Assembly (NCBI GenBank): GCA_034780895.1
Contig: JAUZTB010000094.1
Location: 10,264,651-10,328,650, forward strand
DNA from: Rhynchobatus australiae
Lineage: Eukaryota
Length of the DNA stretch: 64,000 bases
Direction: 5' to 3'
The notes beneath the pieces were generated by a model. It did not search any database and was not told the DNA's origin. It was given only the letters and a program-made list of their open reading frames with translations. Position numbers and translations under genes: made by a program. Below, one piece after another: positions 54,192-64,000 of the stretch; positions within the stretch are counted from its first letter, which is position 1, and each line of letters opens with the position of its first letter.

Positions 54192-55774
54192 CTGTAAGAG
54201 ACAAGTACAAAATTTCAAGATGTAATATATAAACATGCTAAAATTGGGAAATATGTACAGCTCAAAGCAATCAGTATGATCTCCCAAACTTGGGCAAGAG
54301 CCTGTACAGTGAAAAACAATGTACATAAATTGTTGGGAAACTCCTTGTGCATCATTCTGACTGCTGGTGTCATTTGCTGCTCAGCCGAAGTAGTTCATGG
54401 CAGAGAATAGCACTGGAGAGGACAATTTTCGACAATAATTAATGCATTGCTGAAATAGAAAGGACTTACAAAAAGGTCAGAGTCGGTAGTTTCTATGTGG
54501 TTACAATGTTTTTTTTTCAGCATAATTTGCACAAATTCAGCCTATATTGTGATGAGCTCATTTGCAGCTGTATCAACAGAACTACACCAAGTTATAACTC
54601 TCAAATACATTAAGGCATAGCTTTAATACTAAAAAAATTACATTCTAAAATGTAACCCGACTATGGTAACTCATGGTCAATTATACAGTGATATGCAAAT
54701 AAGTTTCAGCAGAAACTTTAGCTCCCAAAAACCAGCACAATTTATTACAGAAATTGAACCCAGATTTCCAACTGTGACCACAGTGTGAATTTCATCTGGA
54801 GAATGACAAAATGAAACAACTGAGCTAGGAAGTCAAATGCAAGACAGTAGCTTGCTCCAATACAGTATGGAAGGATTGGATAAACTGATACCAGCAGATT
54901 CAAAACCAGAATACTGGTTTCAGTCACTGAATTATTATACAATAGCTGAGTTCTCAAAACTCTGTCAGACAGGAAATCAAAAACTTCACAAAAAACGATC
55001 ACAACTTAATGTAGGGCTAACACTGAAGGTACTGAATCAAATCAACAATACCTCCTAGAAAATTGCTGTCATGAAATGTTGAGGAATGCACCATCTGATC
55101 TGTGGCAACTAGACACAAGCTGTAATTAGAATTTCTAGCTATCTGTTCCACGTAACCTTTAGNNNNNNNNNNNNNNNNNNNNNNNNNNNNNNNNNNNNNN
55201 NNNNNNNNNNNNNNNNNNNNNNNNNNNNNNNNNNNNNNNNNNNNNNNNNNNNNNNNNNNNNNNNNNNNNNNNNNNNNNNNNNNNNNNNNNNNNNNNNNNN
55301 NNNNNNNNNNNNNNNNNNNNNNNNNNNNNNNNNNNNNNNNNNNNNNNNNNNNNNNNNNNNNNNNNNNNNNNNNNNNNNNNNNNNNNNNNNNNNNNNNNNN
55401 NNNNNNNNNNNNNNNNNNNNNNNNNNNNNNNNNNNNNNNNNNNNNNNNNNNNNNNNNNNNNNNNNNNNNNNNNNNNNNNNNNNNNNNNNNNNNNNNNNNN
55501 NNNNNNNNNNNNNNNNNNNNNNNNNNNNNNNNNNNNNNNNNNNNNNNNNNNNNNNNNNNNNNNNNNNNNNNNNNNNNNNNNNNNNNNNNNNNNNNNNNNN
55601 NNNNNNNNNNNNNNNNNNNNNNNNNNNNNNNNNNNNNNNNNNNNNNNNNNNNNNNNNNNNNNNNNNNNNNNNNNNNNNAAGAGATCACCAGATGACAGAG
55701 GAAATGATTCATAGATCCTCTCAAAGCTTCCATGAGAAAAAAATAACATCCCCACAACTCATAGAAATTCACTA

Positions 55775-56215
55775 CCTCAGTATAGCAACACTATGACCAC
55801 TTTGATCACGTTGCACTACAATGGACTTTGTTCTTTTTGTTCTAATTGCTCTTTCTTGTAAAAAAAAATGTGGATAATTGATGGTTTTTTCTTGTGAATG
55901 CTGCTTATCTGATGCTATGTGCCTGTGATGCTGCTGCAAGTAAGTTTTGTGCATACATGTACTTGTGCATATGACAATAAATTCGACTTTGGAAATCCCT
56001 GGCCAACGACCCTCAACATGGAGGAGAAACATACTAGAGGACAGTCTCTTCACCAGACGCATGCAGAAGGCCAGTGAGAAACCACCCACCACCTCATGGA
56101 GCATCTCTTTGCCCCACCTGCAGCAAAGTTTGCAGGTCCTGTAGCTATCTCAGTCACCACACAACTGGAGTGGAAGCAAATCATCCTCAGTCCTGAGGGA
56201 ATGCCTAAGATAATC
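55775..56215 (+). mobile_element. LINE tail (55775-55990) adjoining an RTE 3' remnant (55990-56215)
   Basis: gatgctatgtgcctgtgatgctgctgcaagtaag...tgacaataaattcgactt; then ggagtggaagcaaatcatcctcagtcctgagggaatgcctaaga, homologous to the tails at 33420 and 63770. Confidence 0.6.
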
Positions 56216-57364
56216 ATTGGCTTTTTCATAAATGCAATTCTGCAGANNNNNNNNNNNNNNNNNNNNNNNNNNNNNNNNNNNNNNNNNNNNNNNNNNNNNN
56301 NNNNNNNNNNNNNNNNNNNNNNNNNNNNNNNNNNNNNNNNNNNNNNNNNNNNNNNNNNNNNNNNNNNNNNNNNNNNNNNNNNNNNNNNNNNNNNNNNNNN
56401 NNNNNNNNNNNNNNNNNATTCCATAGCCTTCAAAAAGGGAATCATTTTACCAGCTGTTTTTTCTCAAAGTCCTGATTTTCAAACAGTAACAAAAAAGCAG
56501 CTTTCATTTTAAATGTATATTTATTGGGGGAAAAAATGATGATAGAAATTTCCCCATTGCTACAATCTGATGTATTTTCTGTTATGATATCCCCACACAA
56601 TGTAGATGACTTAATACGTTAATCTGCTTATTTTGTTCATGTTTTATTTCCTGCATCAAGACCAATATGCAGAGGGTGTGACGTAAAAACAATTTGAAGG
56701 CTCTCTTCAAATTGATGAGGTACGTCACTTCTAAAAACACCAGATTCATTCCTAACCACTGACTGTAGAATCAACTTCAGGAATGGTACAAGTCTTATAA
56801 ATTATTGAACAATATTTGACATACTCTCAATTGTAGTAGTTCAAGGTGGAGGTGGGCAACTAAGAATAGATACCAAAGGTGGTCTGCCAGCAAAACTGAT
56901 GTTCCAAGAATAAATATCAAAAAGGACCATACTAATGCTCAATCCCAAGAGGATCCTAGCTTCTGGAAAGCAAGACTGAGAGGCTATAAAGATCTGAGAC
57001 ACAAGTTTACTTTGCAACACTGCCAAGATAAATATCCCATAGTTTCTTATAGTAATAGTCATTCCTCGATTTACCATGGGACGTGTTCTTGGAAAACAAT
57101 TTGTTTAGTGAAATTTTGTAAAATGAAAAGGGTGGGTGAAATGCATTATGGGCATTTTGGTACAGTGTAACCCTGCATGTGAAGAGTGAAAACTAGCTTG
57201 TGAGTCAAAGATATGCACTCTTCAGTCAAAGGCATTATAGCAAAAGTTCATAAATCGAGGTTATTGTAATATGCACTTAATTCACATTAATCTCATCATA
57301 ATTTAAATATTTATGTAATAGTCCAACATGAACAAGAAAACCTCAAATATGCGCAACATATTTA

Positions 57365-57472
<108 letters not shown>

Positions 57473-58974
57473 TTAACAGATTAGTGCCAACTTTTGAGGA
57501 AGTATATGGCTGTTTCTTTTACACTTGTGATCAAACTTCAACTGCAAGATCAGAATTTAAAGCAGCATCATCATTACATGACAGCTTTCAGTGTGCTACC
57601 TGGTAAGGAGTTGCAAGGCAGGACTGAGGCCACCTCGCACTGTAACAAAGTTCAAAATTACTCTCAAGTGGGATCAGAGCCCTTAAAAAATAAAATTCAA
57701 TCAGTGGGATATGAATTAGAGGCCAGAACATCCAGTGGTATAAGCTTCCAATCTTAGCTACTCCATCCACAATACACTGCATTTATATAGTCACCTTAAC
57801 ATGGAAAAATACCGCAAGGTGCTTCACAAAGGTCTAGTCAGAAAGGGGATACTTGGAGGACCAAGAAAAGTTTATTTGAAGTAACTTTTAAAGGAGGAGA
57901 AAGAGGGAACTGCAGAACTTGGTGTTTGCTCCTAGGATAGAGGAGGACATCAAAAAGAGACTACTTGCTTCATCAAGGAAGTACAAGTAAATTCTCGTAC
58001 ACAGAGTATTTAATGCACTTCAGTCACTTACAATTATTGCACTTTGGTCAATTACATAGTAATTGTGTTTATTAAAAATCATATTAGCAATGTAATTTGT
58101 GTCCGGAACNNNNNNNNNNNNNNNNNNNNNNNNNNNNNNNNNNNNNNNNNNNNNNNNNNNNNNNNNNNNNAAGACTACCAGTCCATGAAAAGATTTCAGC
58201 CTCATGTCAAACCTCATCTTAAGTGCAAAAAAAATACTACTTCTGGTTCATAAGCAGCTCACTACCGTTCAGGGAAATCATAAGCATGATCCTGCCTTCT
58301 AATACTCTGTAATACAGCAAGGCAAATAAGTCTCTTTATAATGAATAAAATGAAGAGTATTCTGATTCCAATGTTCCAGCAGCTTGGCCCAGTATACATG
58401 GTGTTTCTAAAAGGTAAAATACAACAGTTGGACTTGTGGACTATGTAATACTGTATATGCAATTAGCTGCTCGAACACTGGGATAGAGCTGGACAAAGCA
58501 TATTTTACCCTGCAGCCCCAAACTGGGAAGAGACAAATTAACAAAAAAATCAGGCTTTCTGCTTTTGATGGTAAAGCAGATGTAGAAAATGGTAACGTGG
58601 AGAACTTCAGCAAGAACATTCCGTAGAATAGGCCTCAGGCACAAATGCTAATGGTTGAGCAAAGGAAGTAAGGAAGGATGCTGAACAGAACAGAGTCTAA
58701 GGAATAAAGATATTTAGATGCTTGGGGGCAGGTGGAGTGGAATGGAAGATGAGGGATTGTAGGACAAGGTTGTTAGAGATTGGAATGGTGACTAAACTAT
58801 GATGCAGGTTTAGCATGATTTAGCATGGGATAAGGTCAAGAGAGCAATTTTACATCAGCCAAAGTTTACAATGGGACAATGAACAAGTGAGCATTGGAGT
58901 AGGTGGTCTGTAGGTAACAAAGGGCTTCAGCACCACGTGGGCTGAAGCAGAGTCTTTGTTATAAAGGTAAGATC

Positions 58975-59550
58975 AGGGGCAGCACAGTGGTGCTGTTGGC
59001 AGACTGCTATCTCATAGCTCCAGAGATCCAGGCGCTGTCTGTGTGGGATTTGCATATTCTCTGTGACTGTGTGGGTTTCCCCCAGGTGCTCCGGCTTCCT
59101 CCCATNNNNNNNNNNNNNNNNNNNNNNNNNNNNNNNNNNNNNNNNNNNNNNNNNNNNNNNNNNNNNNNNNNNNNNNNNNNNNNNNNNNNNNNNNNNNNNN
59201 NNNNNCTATTTCAAGCTTTAATGAACGCTTTTCATGCATAAGCCCTGATTTATACTATATGCATGTTACATGTATTGCTTACTAAGATGCACGTGAGCTA
59301 TTCTTGTTTTTCTTAGTTACTGTGTTCATATTTGATTGCCAATGATGGATGTAATTTATTTGATAGGTTTTCCAAACGACTGCTGTTGGTCTAGGGCAAT
59401 CGACCTGTGTTAATTGCCCCTCATGCATTAGTAGGTGGTAGAATAAAACGAGATGAGTGTAGAATTAGTGCAAATGCAGTGTGATGGTTTGTGGGAACTC
59501 AGTGGACTGAAGGGGCCGTTTCCATGCTGTGTAATTCTATGACCCTATTA
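58975..59550 (+). mobile_element. tRNA-derived SINE, split (head 58975-59105, tail about 59405-59550)
   Basis: ggggcagcacagtggtgc...gtgtgggatttgcatattctc...gggtttccccaggtgctccgg; tail tttccatgctgtgtaattctatgac. Confidence 0.7.
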
Positions 59551-61127
59551 CCTTTTACTTGTATAAAGGTTTCTCCAAAGGACATCTTATGCACATAGAA
59601 ATCTCATAAGAATTTAGTTCAAATACTTCCAAAGAGATACAAGTATTAAAAGGAACTCCCAAAATTTTGAGCAAGCCTTAATGTTGGGACTTATTTGAAT
59701 TTCAATTACTTATCAGGACCCCAAGACTCATTAACTTACCAAATAATCAATTACATTCTCACAGGATAAAGCCTTGCCTTAAAATTTGCCTTATTGCACT
59801 TTGTTATTTATATTTCATCTCCTTTTGCTGCATGTAAATCTACGTAAATTTTATTTATTTATATTCTATTGGCTGCAATTCTTCTAACAGAAGTACTGGG
59901 TAACATCCAGTAAATTTAATTGTGTCCTAATACCTTCTTTAATATGGAAACTTTTCCTGGATCATCAATGCCTGCCTTTTTTGGTTTTTGACTAGATTTG
60001 AAAACTTGTTGAGACAGAAAGATAATCAAGAATCCAACAGAATATTGAAACTGTGGGGAAGAGGGTAAACTCAAGTCAAATTGTAGAATGCCCTAGTCAA
60101 ACCTTGCCTTGGCTATTCCATATGGTGCTGATTGCCACAAGATACACAGTCCTAGCAATCCTTCTAATGTAAGCAGGTCGAGTCCCCTCCACTTAGTGGG
60201 CATGCCAATTGCAGGGACAGTATTAGTGATCTAACTGAAATTCCAATGCTTTCAGTGCCTATATGGTACAGCAGTTAATTGTTCAATATCATTTGACAGA
60301 TTTTATACGAGGCGACTGCTGGTGCAGGGAATATTTAATACACTTCGGTAATTTACATTTATTGTACTTTGGTCAATTACATAATAATTGTTTATTAAAA
60401 TAAAATTAGCAATGTAAAGTGTATGGAACTTTTATCTTGACAATTGAAGGAAAATACTGCCCTGACTTGATGGCATTGGGTTATGTAGTGTATACGTCAA
60501 TGCCTGTAATTCTTATAAAAGCAGCTAGTTAAGCAAGATAGATCAAAACAAGTATAATGCCAGAATTGAAGACGTGTGGATAATGCCATCCAGCTTGTTC
60601 CTGTTGCTAAACGTCAGCAACTTATTTTGTAAATAACCTCAGATTTGGAAAATGTTTTTTTTTTAAAATTGATCTGCACTTAAAAGCATTTCCTAAATTT
60701 TTGAAGAAATATTTGGAAGTGAGAAAGTTGGACAACTCAAAAAACTTTTCTGCAAGTCTAGGACATGCATAGTTAAACAAAAAGATTTTTTTCCTTGCAA
60801 AATCCAGCCTCTGTGATTGAGGATTCCTCCCATGCAGGTTATTCATAGTGAGCACAGCTGTTTCTGCCCGAAATAAATAGAACTTAAGATTCTATAACCA
60901 GTAACTTTGAAAATCCTGTTAAATGCAAACTGATAATGGTTATCACTGTTAAACAACATAGGTGTCTTCACTTTTTTTTAAAGACATGGACATTTTAAGT
61001 GGTAGGGTCCATACTAACTAAATAGATTTTCTTTATCCCATTTTTATTCTCTCCTCCCCTGAAGGAACTAATTTGCTTTGCAGGAGCCAAAGGTTATGCA
61101 CAATTAATTCAACTGGCCCAACAAACA

Positions 61128-61400
61128 ATCTACTGGAGCAATTCAGCAGGTCGACCAGGATGCATGTGTGTATTGGGGGTGGGGGTTGTGAAAAGCAATT
61201 GTCAAGGTTTGGGGTCGAAACCCTGCATCAGGACTGAATCCCCTCTTCACTCTCAGTCCCGATGCAGGGTTTGGACCTGAAACATCAGCGATTCGTTTCC
61301 CATCCCTGCCCCCACCCTCCCAACAGATGCTGCTCGAGCCATTGAGTTCCTCCAGCAGACTGCTCGTTGCTGCAGGTCCCAGCATCTGTAGTCTCATGTC
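61128..61400. repeat. Palindromic MITE-like repeat (batoid-type variant)
   Basis: Central inverted repeat aaaccctgcatcaggactga...tcagtcccgatgcagggttt with outer arms. Confidence 0.75.
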
Positions 61401-62144
61401 TTAATTCAATTGACCATTCATCACAGGGCCTTAGCAAGCAATTTGATCATTTTGTCCACTGTCCAAGCAAACTCCACTGGAATGGAATTTTGATAATCAG
61501 GAATGCAAATTCCAGCATATTTGCCCTTCTCTAGCCAAGGGATGTCACATAGTAGTATTAACTTTACCACCTTAGCTGATTTTAGCTATTGCAGTCCAGA
61601 CCAGGATCTGAAACCTTCCTGGTTCAGTACACTATTCTAAGCAATTGTCCACCGATGCAATGCAGAAGCCCTGCTTCGCTAATCCAAGATGGGTACTGCG
61701 TAAAATAATAGGCAGAAATGCATGCCAGAAACAAGAGTTCAAATTTAGCTTAACTTGCTGCCTTTATGGGCATAGAAAATGATAATTGCCCAGACAAAAG
61801 TGTTGTCACAAGCTTGGTTTAGGCACATTTTTCAAAGTAGTGGGCGTGTTACCCTACATTTTAACTGTGCTAAAGCAGATTCAGGCTTTACATGGCAGTA
61901 ACACGGCAGCAAAAGTTGTACAGTGTTCAATTTACCTTGATGAGTGCAGTTATTAGAATTCACAACTATTTTCTTGGAACCAACAAAGTAGGTTAATAGG
62001 AAGCCAAAAATTTTATAAAACTGACACATAAATGAATCTGATTATCTGCTGTTTATTATAGGAAAATGGCCCAAACAAATTTTCATCTTTTGTTACGAGA
62101 TTTCTGATTTGCTACCTACCAGAACAAAAGAAAGAAAAAATTGA

Positions 62145-62345
62145 AGCAAAAACAGAAAATGTTGTAAAAAACTCAGCAGGTTAGGCAGCATCTGTGAAAA
62201 GAGGAACAGAGTTAAGATCAGAATTCGTGTCTCAGACCTGGAGCGTCCACTCTGCTTCTCCTTCCACAGATGCTGCCTGACATGCTGAATGTTTCCAACA
62301 TTTGCTGGCTTTATTTCAGGTTGCCAGCATGTGCAGCTTTTTTTA
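62145..62345. repeat. Palindromic MITE-like repeat
   Basis: ctcagcaggttaggcagcatctgtg...cacagatgctgcctgacatgctga inverted arms. Confidence 0.8.
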
Positions 62346-62863
62346 TTTTCAAAGTTTTGAAACAAGTAGTTCTTGAAACATTTAACTACCTCTCAACTGG
62401 AGCAAACACCGAGCGTTCCAATTTCTACAACTTCCAATCCAATCCAGCTGGACTATACAGAATGGGCTCAATATGTGAAGGTAAAATTCAATTCTTATTT
62501 CGGCCTCTACATATATGTACCAACGCCTTGCATTTGCATGAAGATAAAGCAGGCAGAATAACAGCAAAGCCAGATTTTGTTCAAGTGGATATTTCTGTAA
62601 CATAGAATCTGCATCAACAAATCAGACCTTTTCAAAAAAAGGCACAGGACAGCATGTTACTGTCCTTGCAAAGTGAACTTGTCCTGGGGCTTGATCTTTA
62701 CAGCCACTCATTCATTACTTTTTCCAAACTGCAATTTTACACAAATCATATTTTTATTATTGCTTTTAAATAGTCTTACTATTTAAAACCTCATTCTACT
62801 TAAGTTAGTCAAATTTTGCACAAAATCTTCAAAGACTTATCAAGCAACAAGTTAGCTTCTGAC

Positions 62864-62996
62864 CTCTTGACAGCATTTTTCTCGGTACTTTTTCCAGTTT
62901 CTCTTTCTTTTCCTTATCTTCTTTCTCAGAGCCATCCTTTGAGGATCTTTCTTCTTCTTTATCAGAGGGGCAAGTGAACTGGAGTTGGATAACATC
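62864..62996 (-). CDS. R3HDM2: R3HDM2 coding exon (1st in window, 133 nt): DVIQLQFTCPSDKEEERSSKDGSEKEDKEKKEKLEKVPRKMLSR
   Basis: ttttag|GATGTT...AGAG|gtcaga; phase 0 to 1; resembles the recalled human R3HDM2 segment DIIQLHISCPSDKEEEKS...KIPRKMLSR. Confidence 0.93.
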
Positions 62997-63429
62997 CTAA
63001 AAAGTACAGTTCAGGCAGAGGTCACAGTCAAATTTTACAGAGCAATGCAAACTAGGTCATAGGCAGCCAACAGCAAGATACAATAAATCTCTCTACTAGT
63101 GAAGCTGACAAGAAAACCCATCCAGTTTCCCAGACCACACCTAGGTTTGATACCAGCCCTCAAAATAGCAATAACCAGGGAATATATCTGGCAGAATACT
63201 TCAACAATGTAAAATGACACATTGCGATCAGGATAAAGACTTTTAAAGGAGGCTTTGAGAACATCCATTGCTCCATTTGTGGTACAGACTGCAAGGTCCA
63301 CATTGGCCACAAAATCTTCCAAATCCATCGGAAAGATAGGCGACTCATCACTGTGTCCTCTCTTGCAGGCCAACATCCCCAGTGTTGAGCCCCTAATTAC
63401 ACTCATTCAGTTGGCCCCAATGGATAGCC

Positions 63430-63815
63430 CAAGTCATTTGATCGCCTGACACCAGATTTCTGGAGGTTACTGGGTGAAGAGAGGAAGTGATTCAAGGATG
63501 CTCTTAAAGATCCCCTAAAATGCAACATCCTTACTGACTCTGAGGAAATCCTGGCCCACAACTGCTCATGGTGGAGGAGGAGCACCCAGGCACCGAGAAC
63601 CTCAAATTCACATGTCTAGAAATCACAGGAGCCCTACATAAATGGCAGAAGGAGCACACCACCTCAAACTACCCACTGGCGCACCTCATNNNNNNNNNNN
63701 NNNNNNNNNNNNNNNNNNNNNNNNNNNNNNNNNNNNNNNNNNNNNNNNCTCAGAACCCACAAAACCAGAGCGGAAACAAGAGACCCTCAATCCCAAGGGA
63801 CCGCCCAAGGAGGAC
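63430..63815 (+). mobile_element. RTE-clade LINE 3' fragment
   Basis: gaggaagtgattcaaggatgctcttaaag...ggaaatcctggccc...ctcaatcccaagggaccgcccaag; homologous to 33400-33860 and 55990-56215. Confidence 0.6.
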
Positions 63816-64000
63816 AGCTGCACATCCTCTTGCCCATGACAGCACTGGGAGAAGTGACCGTGCACAATCCTTAGGAAGACAGAATCTCATAGTTCACATT
63901 GATGGCACCCTTTATCACACTGTATGGAACCATCGGGCAAACTTGAATAGATCTGACACACATCAGACAGTTTAAAACTCAGCATTTTGTGAGGTGCTGC

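Overview
This is eukaryotic (vertebrate) genomic DNA from a gappy draft assembly. The repeat families point to a cartilaginous fish, probably a ray, skate or sawfish (inference). The whole window lies inside one minus-strand gene, R3HDM2 (R3H-domain-containing protein 2, paralog of R3HDM1/ARPP21). I reconstructed 14 internal coding exons by hand (62996 down to 1976). All have AG/GT boundaries and compatible phases, totalling 1701 nt = 567 codons with no stop, and cover the R3H and SUZ domains and the Q/P-rich region. The start and stop codons lie outside the window. The introns are filled with decayed CR1, L2 and RTE LINEs, tRNA-derived SINEs and a palindromic MITE-like repeat. Almost all ORFs in the supplied track are spurious or retroelement fragments. 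I found no convincing novel biological system. The most interesting observations concern splicing: a 32-nt plus 54-nt small-exon pair split by a 104-nt intron, three frame-preserving cassette candidates (two with a downstream TGCATG), and no miR-128 in the intron that hosts it in the paralogs. There are also nested retroelements, hairpins and assembly artefacts. Exon coordinates are counted to the base; repeat boundaries are approximate and family names come from recognition, not a database search.
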